From an uncultured Aliarcobacter sp. (lineage in GTDB: Bacteria > Campylobacterota > Campylobacteria > Campylobacterales > Arcobacteraceae), in assembly GCA_963664305.2 (NCBI GenBank), contig CAXXLV010000002.1:256001-320000 (forward strand): a stretch of 64,000 bases of DNA, in the 5' to 3' direction. A program made the translations under genes and the position numbers. Position 1 is the first letter of the stretch; the number at the start of each line of letters is the position of its first letter. Below the pieces are notes generated by a model. That model worked only from the letters and a program-made list of their open reading frames with translations. It was not told the origin of the DNA and searched no databases. Positions 30,440 through 41,589 of this stretch are shown piece after piece.

Positions 30440-31261
30440 ATATAACTTTTCTCCTAGTAAATTACTCGTATTTTCTTTCGTTGGACTACTTTTTTGAAGT
30501 ATAGTTGGATTATTTTTCATTTTTAAAATTAGTGCTTTAATGTCATTTATTCTTGTTGTTGAACTTGGATGTGTTGAGAAAAATTCAATTGTTTCATTTT
30601 TCCCTTGAGACATATTTTCCCAAAATTTTAAAGCTTCATCAAGATCGTATCCTGCTTGTGCCATTAAGTATATTCCAATTTCATCAGCCTCACTCTCTTG
30701 CATTCTTCCATAAGGAAGCATAACTCCTACTTGTGAACCAATTCCATAAGTTTGATTAAATAAGTTTTGATATTGAGGTGCTGTAACTCCTAATGCAATA
30801 TTTCCAACAACTCCAATTCCTTGTTGAACCATCGATGCACTCATTCTTTCTGCTCCATGACGAGCAAGAGCATGGGCAATTTCATGTGATATTACTGTAG
30901 CTAATTGGTCATCATTTTTAGCAACTTTTAGAATTCCTGTGTAAACAACAACTTTTCCACCAGGTAAACAAAAGGCATTTTGGCTGTCATTTTCAACTAA
31001 ATTAAATTCCCAGTTAAAATCATCTCTATTTGCAACTTTTGCTATTCTTTGACCAATATTGTTAATTCTATTAGCATCTTTTGTTCCAACAATAACTTTT
31101 GAAGTTGAAAGTGCATCTTTATAAGATTTTTCTCCTAAAGCTAGTTCTTCTTTTGGTGACATAAAAATCATTTGAGATCTATTTGTATATGGTGTTTTTG
31201 CTGTACACCCAATGAGTATTAAACCACTTAAACTAAGTAAAAAAGTTTTTTGAAGTTTCAT
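30437..31261 (-). CDS. M48 family metallopeptidase lipoprotein
   Basis: Lipobox LIGC; NAFCLPGG, HEIAH, ESEAD, STHP. Confidence 0.9.
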   Translation of the reverse strand: MKLQKTFLLSLSGLILIGCTAKTPYTNRSQMIFMSPKEELALGEKSYKDALSTSKVIVGTKDANRINNIGQRIAKVANRDDFNWEFNLVENDSQNAFCLPGGKVVVYTGILKVAKNDDQLATVISHEIAHALARHGAERMSASMVQQGIGVVGNIALGVTAPQYQNLFNQTYGIGSQVGVMLPYGRMQESEADEIGIYLMAQAGYDLDEALKFWENMSQGKNETIEFFSTHPSSTTRINDIKALILKMKNNPTILQKSSPTKENTSNLLGEKLY

Positions 31262-31264
31262 TTT

Positions 31265-33391
31265 TTATCCTTGTTTTAAAAAATTTAAAATATAAATAAA
31301 TAAATCATTTGTATTTTTATCTGTAACAATTACATGATTTTTTGCTTCAATCAAATGTAAAGTTTTATACCTTGATTGAATATTTTCAAAGATTTCATGA
31401 GCTGAACTTGGATTTACAACTGGGTCATCTTTTCCTTGAATTATTAATATAGGTTTTTTGATTTTAGGCAGAATTTTTTTTGTTTTATTCATAAGTAAAT
31501 TTAACTGCTCAATTGAATCAATATAATGTTTTTTATAATTGATATCTGGGTTTTCTGGAAAATTATCTACATACTCTTTTGTGTATTTTTCTTCATGAAA
31601 AACTTTAACAATATCATTCCAAAATGAAATTGCTGGAAGTAGAGTTTTTATTCTCATATCATTTAAGTGAAGCGCTGCATTTATACAAATAACACTTACA
31701 AACTCTTTGTATTGTTTTTTTGTACTTAAAAGTGCAAGTAATCCACCTGTCGAAAAACCTACAATAAAAATTTTTTTATATTGTAAAGAAGCAATTATTA
31801 TAGACCTTGAAATAGATTTATACCAATCTTGCCAAGTTTTTGTTTTTAAATCTTCTGGTGCTGTTCCATGACCTGCTAATCTTGGTGTTTGAACATTAAA
31901 ATTATTTTCATTTAAAAATAGTGCTAATTTTTCCATCTCTTTTGGTGCTGCTCCAAAACCATGAATTGCAATAACACAACTATTTGAATCTTTTGTTTCA
32001 AAATATTTACTTTTTCCTATCTCTATAGGTTTAATATCTTTATTACTTTTAAACTTTTCATAACTTGTTTCATACTCTTTTTCTTCTTCATATTTTAAAA
32101 TATTTACAAGTTCTTTTAGATTTATTTCTTCATTATTTGAAACTAGATTTTTTACGATATTAACGCTTTCTTCATGTATTAAGATTTCATTTAAAATTAC
32201 TTTCAAAATATTTTTCATTCTAATAGTATGATGGGTAAAACTATTTAAAAGGTTCTTTTTATTGATTATATATTTATAACAGTTGATTTCATCAACTTGT
32301 AAAATCTTGTCATTGATTGCAACTTCTAAAATATTGTCAAAAGCTTTGAATTTTTCATAAGAGATTAGATATATTAAATCTTTATTTATATCACTATCAT
32401 AAAAGATATTTTTTTCTTTTATTTTAAAAATAGTTATATAAATTAATCTTTTGAAATATTCAATTTCTATTTCTTTTTTTGGAAATAAAAAAAGAATTAA
32501 AACAAAAATATGGTCAAAATTTATAGTTAGAGATTCATAAATTTTATCCATAAAAGAGTGAGTTATTTCATATCTTAGTTTATTTATAATCTCTTCTTTT
32601 GGTAAGTTTTTTTTATATAATTTTTCTAGAATATTTTTTGTTGAAATTGGTTCTAAAATTCTTATGGTAATTTTTGAGTTTAGTACTATATTACTCTCTA
32701 TTTCTATCTCTTCTTTAAAATGATTTCCCATATCATCTAAAAGTTTATTTGTCATATCAACTAAAAAGTTTTTTCCATTTCTGATATTTGAGTAACTGAT
32801 ATTTATTGGAACAATCATTGTTTCATGTTTGTTTATATCTGTGCATTTATTTACAAAATATTTTTTGCTAAATTCTTCATAATTTTCAAGCTCTTTATCA
32901 AAATATTTTTGTCTAAAAAATTGAGAAAGTAGAGCAAAAACTGCAGCTCCTGTATGAACTCTTTGACAAGTTCCATCAATTTTCACACAAAAATTTTTAT
33001 CTATTTTTGAAATATCTTTTGATTTTACCATTATTCCTTCTGGAAAAATCATCCAATCTTTACACGAAGTTATTAAATCACCGATTATATGCTCATTTCT
33101 ATTGGGAGCACTTGTTCTTAATGCTCCTAAATTTTCTAAAAAATCTCCAAAAAAACTCTTAAATAAAGAATCAGCAGCAATAACTCCAACTTTTTTATTT
33201 GTTAGATTGTACAAAGTATAAGGAACAAGCATCGCTTCTGTTCTTGTAAAATGATTTGCAACAAACATTCTTGGATTCTCTTTTGGAATATTTTCAACTC
33301 CAATTACTTCAATATTTGCATCAAGAATTTTTTGAAGTAGACTTAAAACATAACCATTTGTGTTTATTAGCAAATCATTTTTATCAATCAT
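31265..33391 (-). CDS. PlsC-like acyltransferase fused to an alpha/beta-hydrolase (esterase)
   Basis: N-terminal ANHFTRTE and IFPEG; C-terminal IHGF, GFSTGG, QGKDDPVV and NHV. Confidence 0.8.
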   Translation of the reverse strand: MIDKNDLLINTNGYVLSLLQKILDANIEVIGVENIPKENPRMFVANHFTRTEAMLVPYTLYNLTNKKVGVIAADSLFKSFFGDFLENLGALRTSAPNRNEHIIGDLITSCKDWMIFPEGIMVKSKDISKIDKNFCVKIDGTCQRVHTGAAVFALLSQFFRQKYFDKELENYEEFSKKYFVNKCTDINKHETMIVPINISYSNIRNGKNFLVDMTNKLLDDMGNHFKEEIEIESNIVLNSKITIRILEPISTKNILEKLYKKNLPKEEIINKLRYEITHSFMDKIYESLTINFDHIFVLILFLFPKKEIEIEYFKRLIYITIFKIKEKNIFYDSDINKDLIYLISYEKFKAFDNILEVAINDKILQVDEINCYKYIINKKNLLNSFTHHTIRMKNILKVILNEILIHEESVNIVKNLVSNNEEINLKELVNILKYEEEKEYETSYEKFKSNKDIKPIEIGKSKYFETKDSNSCVIAIHGFGAAPKEMEKLALFLNENNFNVQTPRLAGHGTAPEDLKTKTWQDWYKSISRSIIIASLQYKKIFIVGFSTGGLLALLSTKKQYKEFVSVICINAALHLNDMRIKTLLPAISFWNDIVKVFHEEKYTKEYVDNFPENPDINYKKHYIDSIEQLNLLMNKTKKILPKIKKPILIIQGKDDPVVNPSSAHEIFENIQSRYKTLHLIEAKNHVIVTDKNTNDLFIYILNFLKQG

Positions 33392-35748
33392 TTTTGAGCC
33401 TTATAATCCTTTGCATCAAATGAATCAACACTTATTACTTCTTGTTTTAGTGCATGAGCTTCAAGCATTTTTTCTATCTCTTCTTTTGATAAAAGATTTT
33501 TTTCTAAAAGTTCTTTAGTCATATTTTCTGGACTATCTTTTTTTATAGTTCCATTTTTAATAGCATCTTTTAAAATTTTAAATGAACTCTCACACTCTTT
33601 ATTTAGTTTAACAGCTAGTTGAAGTTTTGTTAATCTATCTTTTTCATTTTTTGAAATAAATAAAGATGATGTTAATTTTTGTAAATAATCTTGATTTGAT
33701 AGATTTTTTACTATTTTTGCATTTAATTTATCTTTTGCTTTAACTGAAAAAGGATTGATTTTAAAAATCGGAAGTAAATAGTCTAAATAACCAATATTTG
33801 TGATTATCTCTTCTCTTGATATTTGAATTTCATTAAAACAATAGTTACAAATGTAATCAACTAAAAGTTCATCTTCTTCATTTGGATTATTTTCAAATTT
33901 TCTTAAAGTTGCAGTTATCAAATAGCAGTTTGATAAAATATCTCCAAATCTAGCACTTATATTTTCTCTTTTTTTTAGACTTGGTCCTAAAATTCCTAAA
34001 GCAACATTTGTTAAAAGAGTAAATTCAGCACTAACCCAAGCTAGTTTTTGTTTATATCTTTGGAAGTTTCCTTTTTGACAAGAGATATTTCCTCTTGTGA
34101 TATAAAAAATAAAAGATTTACAAAAAGATGAAAATACTAAACCAATGTGAGAAAAAAATGCTTTATCAAAATTTTCTACATTGTTACTATTTAATGCTGT
34201 AATTTGTTTGTAAATATATGGATGAGATTTTATTAATCCTTGTCCAAATTGCATTAAATTTCTAGTTAAAATATTTGCACCTTCAACAGTTATTGAAATA
34301 GGTAAGGCAAAATAAGCATGTGCTAGAAGGTTATTTTCTCCTCTAATAATCGCACTACCACCTAAAACATCCATAGAATCATTTATAACTGTTCTAAATT
34401 TTTCTGTTGCATGGTATTTCATAATAGAGTTTATAACACCTGGTTTTACACCATCATCAATTGCATCAAGTGTATAGTTTCTAGAAGCATTTAACATATA
34501 TGTAAGTGCAGCAATTTTTGCAATTTTTTCTTCAATACCTTCAAAATGATTGATACTTAATCCAAATTGCTCTCTAAGTTGTGAATATGAAGCTACAACA
34601 TTTAAAGCTAATTTACTTCCACCAAGACTAACGCTAGGAAGTGAAATTCCTCGTCCTATAGATAAAGATTCAACAAGCATTTGCCAACCTTTTCCTATAC
34701 CTTCACTTTCACCTATAATATTTTCTAAACCAATAATTACATCTTTTCCATAAAGTGGAGAGTTTACAAAAGGAATTCCAAGTGGGTCATGTCGTTTTGA
34801 GTTATCAATACCTTTTGTATTTGAATCAATTACAGCAAAAGTAATACCTAAATCTTCATTTTCACCAAGTAAATGTTCTGGGTCTTTTAAAACAAAAGCA
34901 AGTCCAATTAAAGTTGCGATATTTCCTAATGTGATATATCTTTTTTCAAAATTTAATTTGATTTTTATTTCACCATTTTCATCTTTAAATAAAACTCCAT
35001 TTGAAGTTATTGATGTTGCATCACTTCCTGCATTTGGTTCTGTTAATCCAAAACAAGGAACAAGTTTTCCTGTTGCTAAATCGCTTAAGTATTTATCTTT
35101 TTGAGCCTGACTTCCATGTTTTAAAATAAGTTCAGCAGGGCCTAGTGAGTTTGGAACCATTACAGTTATTGCTAAAACTTGAGATCTTGATACTAATTTT
35201 TCAATAACTTTTGAGTGAGCAGTTGCACTAAATCCAAGACCTCCATACTCTTTTGGAATAATCATCCCAAAAAATTTTTTATCTTTTATAAACTGCCAAA
35301 CTTCATTAGATAAATCTCTATTTTGGAAAATTTCCCAGTCAGTTGTTTTTTCACAAAGTTCATCAACAACATCATCTAAAAATGATTGTTCTTCAGCTGT
35401 AAGTGTTGTAACTTTTTGAGCATTTATCTCTTTGAAATTAACTTGAGCCTTGAAAAAATCAGCTTCTACCCAGTTTGTTCCAGCTTGAAGTGCAGCTTCT
35501 TCTGTTTTTGATATTTTTGGTAATAGACCATTTTTATTTATAAAATTTACTATTTTTGAAGTAATAAATTTTATTCTAAAAGTAGGGATTAATAATATAG
35601 TAGCAAGTACTATAAAAATAGCCCAAAAAACTGTTCCAACATCAAAAAATATTGCACTATAAATTCCTATTAAGGCAAAATAGCTGTAAAGTGGAAATGA
35701 AAAAAATCCAAAAGCTAAAATAATTAGTATTAAAATCAATGTTTCCAT
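33388..35748 (-). CDS. fadE: Acyl-CoA dehydrogenase (FadE-type)
   Basis: N-terminal TM; VPNSLGP, CFGLTEPNAGSDA, ITVEGANILTR. Confidence 0.9.
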   Translation of the reverse strand: METLILILIILAFGFFSFPLYSYFALIGIYSAIFFDVGTVFWAIFIVLATILLIPTFRIKFITSKIVNFINKNGLLPKISKTEEAALQAGTNWVEADFFKAQVNFKEINAQKVTTLTAEEQSFLDDVVDELCEKTTDWEIFQNRDLSNEVWQFIKDKKFFGMIIPKEYGGLGFSATAHSKVIEKLVSRSQVLAITVMVPNSLGPAELILKHGSQAQKDKYLSDLATGKLVPCFGLTEPNAGSDATSITSNGVLFKDENGEIKIKLNFEKRYITLGNIATLIGLAFVLKDPEHLLGENEDLGITFAVIDSNTKGIDNSKRHDPLGIPFVNSPLYGKDVIIGLENIIGESEGIGKGWQMLVESLSIGRGISLPSVSLGGSKLALNVVASYSQLREQFGLSINHFEGIEEKIAKIAALTYMLNASRNYTLDAIDDGVKPGVINSIMKYHATEKFRTVINDSMDVLGGSAIIRGENNLLAHAYFALPISITVEGANILTRNLMQFGQGLIKSHPYIYKQITALNSNNVENFDKAFFSHIGLVFSSFCKSFIFYITRGNISCQKGNFQRYKQKLAWVSAEFTLLTNVALGILGPSLKKRENISARFGDILSNCYLITATLRKFENNPNEEDELLVDYICNYCFNEIQISREEIITNIGYLDYLLPIFKINPFSVKAKDKLNAKIVKNLSNQDYLQKLTSSLFISKNEKDRLTKLQLAVKLNKECESSFKILKDAIKNGTIKKDSPENMTKELLEKNLLSKEEIEKMLEAHALKQEVISVDSFDAKDYKAQK

Positions 35749-37841
35749 AAAGCTTCTCCTGTTTCAAAATCTTCATACTCTTCAACCAATTTAACTAAAA
35801 GATTAGAAGGTTTAAATCTCTCTCCATACTCTTTTTCAAATTTTTTTAAAGATTCTAAGATGTTTTTTAGTCCAATTTCATTTGCATAACTTAATAATCC
35901 ACCTTTGTAAGCTGGGAAACCAGTTCCTGCAATCATTGCAAAATCAATGATAGAAGCCTCTGTTACGATGTTTTCTTCTAAACATCTACTAGCTTCATTT
36001 ATCATAATATATATACATCTTTGAACTATCTCTTCATCGTCAAAAATTCTACCATTGTTCTCTAGCATAGACGTAACATGTGAGTTTGGATATTTGTCCC
36101 GACCTGCATATTCATAAAATCCAGCTTTTGTTTTTGCTCCTAAAAGTTTTGTGTTATACATTTTTTCTATTAAAGAAGCTATTGGCATTCTACTTCCATA
36201 AGACTCGTTTAAAATACTAGCAACTTTATAACCTATATCAATTCCAACTGTATCAGCAAGTGTAAATGGACCCATAGGCATTCCAAAATCTTTTATAATT
36301 GAATCAATTCTTTCAATTCTTGAACCTTCTTCAAGTATAAATGCTGCTTCATTTAGATATGGAAGTAAAATTCTATTTACTATAAATCCCGCACAATCTT
36401 TTACAACAATCGGTGTTTTGCCACTTAAAATAAGCATTTCACAAACTTTATTTATACTCTCTTTTGAAGTTTGTTCTGTTGGGATTATTTCAACAAGAGG
36501 CATTAAATTTACTGGATTGAAAAAGTGAACTCCTAAGAAATTTTTTTTATTTTTGATTTCACTTCCTAGTTTTTCTATTGAAATAGATGAAGTATTCGTG
36601 GCAATTATTGTACTTTCACCTATAACATTTTCAAGTTCTTTATAAGTTTCTTTTTTTACTTTTTCATCTTCAATGATAGCTTCAATAACAAAATCAAAAT
36701 TTTTAAATCCTAGAAATTTATCTGTATAAGAGATTTTATTTAGTTTAAAATCCACTTGATTTTTAGTCATACTTCTTGATTTTATAGAGTGGTCATAGAT
36801 TTTTGCTACATCTTTTAAAATCTCATGAGCTTGAGTTAAATCTCTTAGTTTTATTCTTACGTCTTTTAGATATTTTGAGAATAGATAAATAATTCCTTTC
36901 CCCATTACTCCGTTTCCAAGAACTACAGCATTTGAAATTGGATTAGATGTTTTTTCATAATTTTTATTCAATTTCTCAAATAAGAAAAATAGTTTTATCA
37001 TATTTTTTGATTCTTTTGTAACAGCAAGTGCTGAGAACTCTTTTGCTTCAATTTTTATAGAATCTTCAAACTCTTTATTTATAGTCTTTTTTATCACTTC
37101 CAAAGCAACATAAGGAGCTTTAAAATCTTTATTTACTTTTGATTCTAAGTTTTTATATGCTTTTTTAAATACAAGTTCATTTAAAGGAGCATAATTTAAA
37201 AAGTTGAAAGTAAATCTCTCTTTTATTGTTCCATAAATAGCTTTTTTTACAAAATCATCTAACATAAACTCTTTTTGAGCATCATCAAAAATCATATCTG
37301 CAAGTTTGATTTTGTAAGCTTTTTTTGCATCTATTGTTTTTCCAGTTAAAATTAAATCTAAGGCATTAACTAAACCTATGATTTTTGGAGCTCTTATTGT
37401 TCCTGCAAAACCTGGGAAAATTCCTAGTTTTATTTCTGGAAATGCTATTCTTGTTTTTGGATTTGTACTCATTACTCTATATTTACAAGCAAGGGCAAGT
37501 TCAAGTCCTCCGCCCATACAAGCACCATTTATATATGCAATTGTTGGGATTGGTAAATTTTCTAGTTTATTAAATATCTCATGAACTTCCATTAAAGCAT
37601 CATAAACTTCTTTTTCATCTTTTAATTTTTCAATCTCTTTAATATCTGCGCCAGCTATAAAAATATCTTTTTTTGCACTATCAATTACTAATGCTTTTAT
37701 TGAAATATCATTTTTAATAAGATTTAGTTTTTCATCAAACTCTTTTAAAATTTCAAATGATAATTTATTTATTTTTTCATCTTTTAAATCAAAAGTTAGT
37801 GTTGCTATATTTTGTTTAATTTCTAAAATAATGTTACTCAT
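35736..37841 (-). CDS. fadJ: Enoyl-CoA hydratase / 3-hydroxyacyl-CoA dehydrogenase
   Basis: FIAGADI, GGGLELALAC, PEIKLG, GNGVMG, HFFNP; start moved to ATG 37841 (MSNIILE) after GGAG. Confidence 0.88.
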   Translation of the reverse strand: MSNIILEIKQNIATLTFDLKDEKINKLSFEILKEFDEKLNLIKNDISIKALVIDSAKKDIFIAGADIKEIEKLKDEKEVYDALMEVHEIFNKLENLPIPTIAYINGACMGGGLELALACKYRVMSTNPKTRIAFPEIKLGIFPGFAGTIRAPKIIGLVNALDLILTGKTIDAKKAYKIKLADMIFDDAQKEFMLDDFVKKAIYGTIKERFTFNFLNYAPLNELVFKKAYKNLESKVNKDFKAPYVALEVIKKTINKEFEDSIKIEAKEFSALAVTKESKNMIKLFFLFEKLNKNYEKTSNPISNAVVLGNGVMGKGIIYLFSKYLKDVRIKLRDLTQAHEILKDVAKIYDHSIKSRSMTKNQVDFKLNKISYTDKFLGFKNFDFVIEAIIEDEKVKKETYKELENVIGESTIIATNTSSISIEKLGSEIKNKKNFLGVHFFNPVNLMPLVEIIPTEQTSKESINKVCEMLILSGKTPIVVKDCAGFIVNRILLPYLNEAAFILEEGSRIERIDSIIKDFGMPMGPFTLADTVGIDIGYKVASILNESYGSRMPIASLIEKMYNTKLLGAKTKAGFYEYAGRDKYPNSHVTSMLENNGRIFDDEEIVQRCIYIMINEASRCLEENIVTEASIIDFAMIAGTGFPAYKGGLLSYANEIGLKNILESLKKFEKEYGERFKPSNLLVKLVEEYEDFETGEALWKH

Positions 37842-37842
37842 G

Positions 37843-39117
37843 TTATATCTCCAATAAGAAAGATGCACCTTGTCCACCACCAATACAAAGTGTTGCAAGT
37901 GCCAATTTATCTTTTCTTCTTCTTAATTCTTTAAGTGCTGTTAAAACAATTCTAGCTCCACTCATTCCAACTGGATGACCAAGGGCAATTGCTCCACCGT
38001 TTACATTTAAAATTGATTCGTCAATTTCACCAAGAGCATTTGAATTAAAAGTTTTTTTACAAAAATCATTTGAAGCAAAAGCTTTTTGATTTGCAATCAT
38101 TTGAGCAGCAAAAGCTTCATTCATCTCAATTAAATCTATATCTTTTAAAGTAAGATTAGTTTTATCAAAAAGTTTTTTTGTTGCATAGATTGGACCTAAT
38201 CCCATTCTATTTGCATCAAGTCCTGCATAAGCATAATCTTTTATAAATCCAAGTGGTTCAAGATTTAATTCTTTTGCTTTTGATTCACTACAAACTATCA
38301 AACTACAAGCTCCATCTGAAACTTGTGAAGAATTACCAGCTGTTACTGTTCCACTTAATCTATCAAAAATAGGTTTTAACTTATTTAAGGCTTCGATATT
38401 TTGATTAAATCTTACTCCATCATCTTGTGTAATTGAAGCATTACTTGTCATAATTGGATGAATTTCATCTTTAAAAATCCCAGTTTCTATTGCTTTTTGA
38501 GCTTTTTGATGAGATTTTAACGCATATTCATCTTGAGCATCTCTACTTATTTTAAACTCATTTGCTAGATTTTCAGCTGTTAATCCCATGATTTTTCCTG
38601 AAATTGGGTCAGTAAGACCAGTTAGTAAACCAACAGTAGGTTTTAAAAAACTTGGTCTAAAAGAGCTTAATAGTTGGATTTTTTCAATAAATGATTTTGA
38701 ATATGTAAATTTTGTTATTAGATTTTTTAACTCATTACTATAATATAAAGGAAGATTACTCATAGATTCAATTCCTCCAACAAGGTATAAATCCCCTTGA
38801 TTTGAATGAATCTTTTCAATAGCACTTGATATTGCTTGCATTCCTGAAGCACAATTTCTATGAACTGTATAAGCAGGAGTTTGTGAAGGAAAACCAGCAC
38901 GGCTAGCCATAACTCTTGCGATATTTGTAGCATTTGCAGGATTTGCAACATTTCCCATAATTACTTCATCAAATTGTTCATATTCTAAATTATTTCTAAG
39001 AACTAACTCTTTTGTAATAATACTTCCTAAAATATCAGCACTTACATCATTTAATTTACCATTTGCTTTAGCTATTGGACTTCTTAATCCATCAATTATG
39101 GCAATTCTCTCTTTCAT
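37843..39117 (-). CDS. fadI: 3-ketoacyl-CoA thiolase
   Basis: RNCASG, NEAFA, GHPVG, CIGGG. Confidence 0.88.
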   Translation of the reverse strand: MKERIAIIDGLRSPIAKANGKLNDVSADILGSIITKELVLRNNLEYEQFDEVIMGNVANPANATNIARVMASRAGFPSQTPAYTVHRNCASGMQAISSAIEKIHSNQGDLYLVGGIESMSNLPLYYSNELKNLITKFTYSKSFIEKIQLLSSFRPSFLKPTVGLLTGLTDPISGKIMGLTAENLANEFKISRDAQDEYALKSHQKAQKAIETGIFKDEIHPIMTSNASITQDDGVRFNQNIEALNKLKPIFDRLSGTVTAGNSSQVSDGACSLIVCSESKAKELNLEPLGFIKDYAYAGLDANRMGLGPIYATKKLFDKTNLTLKDIDLIEMNEAFAAQMIANQKAFASNDFCKKTFNSNALGEIDESILNVNGGAIALGHPVGMSGARIVLTALKELRRRKDKLALATLCIGGGQGASFLLEI

Positions 39118-40856
39118 TTTTGCTCCTCATACATGCTATTTATAAAACTAGCATATTTTTGTTCAATTTTACTTCTAGCAATTTTCATTGATGGAGTTAA
39201 TTCTCCACTTTCAATGGAAATATCGTTTGTTATAATTCTAAAATCAACAATTTTTTCCCATTGATTCAAGTCTTTATTGATATTTGATATGTGTTTAGAA
39301 ATGTTATCTAAAATTTCTGGTTGCTTATAATACTCTTCTATTGTTAAGTTATTATTTATTTTTTTTGCTAATTGATATTTCTCTTTATCTACAAAAAGTA
39401 GGGCAGTAGTGAATTTTTTATTTTCTGAAATGACTACAGCAAACTCTATATATCTATTTTTTGATAGTTTTTGTTCAATTGCAACTGCATTTACATATTC
39501 ACCAGTTGAAGTTTTAAATATCTCTTTTAATCTACTTGTTATAAATAAATAACCTTCTTCATCAAGATAGGCAATATCTCCTGTATGAAGCCAACCATCT
39601 TTATCTATTGTTTTTGCTGTTAATTCTTCTTGATTTAAATATCCTTTCATTAAAGATGGTCCAGATACTAGAAGTTCTTTGTTTTGGGCTATTTTTATTT
39701 TTGCACTTGGGATTACTTTTCCACAAGAACCTACTTTATTGGCAGATGGATAGTTTGTAGAAATAACTGGTGAAAATTCTGTTAAACCATAACCTTGATA
39801 AACGGGAACGCCAATATTTACAAAAAACTGTGCTATCTCTTTTGATAAAGGTGCACCTCCACTTACAAGTTTTTGAACTCTTGAACCAAATATTTCTCTA
39901 AATTTTGAATAAACAAGTTTGTCATAAATTTTAAATAAAATAGAACCTTTATCTAAGTTCTCTTTTAACGCATAAGAAAAGGCTAATGAAGCAATTATTT
40001 TACTAAAAAATGGTTTTTCTAAAATTTGAGTTTTTATTTTGTTAAATATTTTTTCAAGAAGTCTTGGAACAACAGTCATAATTGTTGGTTTTACAATCTT
40101 CATAAGATTTGCAACATTTAAAATATCATCTACAAAATAAATACTAATTCCACGACTTAGATAATAACTCATAACAGTTCGCTCAAATATGTGTGCTAAA
40201 GGAAGAAGTGAAAGTGCAACTTCATTTTGTGGTAAATCTATTAGTTTATTTATATCTTGAAGTTGTGAAATTATATTTTTATGTGTAAGCATCACTCCCT
40301 TTGGAGTTCCTGTATTTCCACTTGTATAGATAATAGAAAATGTTTCATCTTCTTCTGCTTTATGCGGAATAAACCCTTTTGAATCGCAAATTTGTTGTCC
40401 AATAACTAATATCTCATCATAATTATAAAAATTTGGCTCTTTTATACAAAAATTATGAGTTATAAAAGTTAGATGTGAATTTTTTTCTTCAATATCTTTT
40501 AATCTTTCAAGTGAATCAATAAACATATATTTCATATTTGAATCGTTTATTTCATAGTTTAAGTTTTCAGTTGAGATATTTGCAAAAATAGGCACACTTA
40601 TAGCTCCTACTTCATGAATTGCAAAATCAAAAATAAGCCAAAAAGGAGAACTTGAGGCAAAAATACCAACTGTATCACCTTTTTGTATTCCCATATCTTT
40701 TAAAGCAAGAGATAAACAAATAACTTTATTTTTAAAAGTAGTAGTTGAGATGTTTTTATAAGTTCCATTTGAAAGATAGTTTAAAAAATATTCATTATCT
40801 AAATTACAAATATGAGTGAAAAGTTCATTGTAGGTTTTAAAGTTGTAATTTTCCAC
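39114..40856 (-). CDS. fadD: Long-chain fatty acid--CoA ligase
   Basis: YTSGNTGTPKG, QGYGLTE, TGD; likely GTG start at 40856 after AAAGGA. Confidence 0.88.
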   Translation of the reverse strand: MENYNFKTYNELFTHICNLDNEYFLNYLSNGTYKNISTTTFKNKVICLSLALKDMGIQKGDTVGIFASSSPFWLIFDFAIHEVGAISVPIFANISTENLNYEINDSNMKYMFIDSLERLKDIEEKNSHLTFITHNFCIKEPNFYNYDEILVIGQQICDSKGFIPHKAEEDETFSIIYTSGNTGTPKGVMLTHKNIISQLQDINKLIDLPQNEVALSLLPLAHIFERTVMSYYLSRGISIYFVDDILNVANLMKIVKPTIMTVVPRLLEKIFNKIKTQILEKPFFSKIIASLAFSYALKENLDKGSILFKIYDKLVYSKFREIFGSRVQKLVSGGAPLSKEIAQFFVNIGVPVYQGYGLTEFSPVISTNYPSANKVGSCGKVIPSAKIKIAQNKELLVSGPSLMKGYLNQEELTAKTIDKDGWLHTGDIAYLDEEGYLFITSRLKEIFKTSTGEYVNAVAIEQKLSKNRYIEFAVVISENKKFTTALLFVDKEKYQLAKKINNNLTIEEYYKQPEILDNISKHISNINKDLNQWEKIVDFRIITNDISIESGELTPSMKIARSKIEQKYASFINSMYEEQK

Positions 40857-40939
40857 TGTATATCCTTTATTCAAATATACAGTTTATTCTATAATGTTTA
40901 TTATAATAATAGCTTAAAAAATAATTTTTTATAAAAGAA

Positions 40940-41467
40940 TTAAATTAGAGAGCGATAAATCTCTTCACTTATGATATCTTTATTTGTTTCAACCCTATCA
41001 ATATATACATGTCCTATTAAATGGTCATATTCATGTTGAAAAATTCTTGCTATAAAGTCTTTGAAAACAATGGTTTTTTTCTCATTTTCTAAAGTTTTAT
41101 ACTTTACTTCAATTTTATTATATCTTGGAACTTTTGCTCTAATTCCTGGAATACTTAAACATCCTTCCCAATCTTTATTTTTACCTTTTGAAGTTTTTAT
41201 TATTTTTGGATTTATTAAAACTAAATCTTCCATAACTGGAGCGTTCGGATATCTTTCATTTGGTTTTGATGAGATAATCATAATTTGTTTTGAAATAAAT
41301 ATTTGAGGAGCAGCAAGACCAACACCATTTGATTTTTTTAGGGTTTCAAGCATAAGTGAAACGATGTTTTTTGTCTCTTCACTTTGTATATCTTTAACTT
41401 TTTTTGCTTTTTTTCTTAAAACTTTTTCACCAAGTTTTGCAATTTTTATTTCATTTGAATTTGACAT
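40940..41467 (-). CDS. def: Peptide deformylase
   Basis: GVGLAAPQ, EGCLS, QHEYDH. Confidence 0.95.
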   Translation of the reverse strand: MSNSNEIKIAKLGEKVLRKKAKKVKDIQSEETKNIVSLMLETLKKSNGVGLAAPQIFISKQIMIISSKPNERYPNAPVMEDLVLINPKIIKTSKGKNKDWEGCLSIPGIRAKVPRYNKIEVKYKTLENEKKTIVFKDFIARIFQHEYDHLIGHVYIDRVETNKDIISEEIYRSLI

Positions 41468-41589
41468 TTTTCACCTTTAAATTAAAAAATAAGATTTTAT
41501 TAAATCCTATTTAATGAGATATATTATATAGTACATAACGATAGAATTTAGTAAAATTACAATGATTTTCTAAATATTTTATAAGGAAA

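Noticed and set aside
37842..37898. N-terminal extension of FadJ overlapping fadI
   Set aside because: ATG 37841 with a GGAG SD immediately follows the fadI stop.
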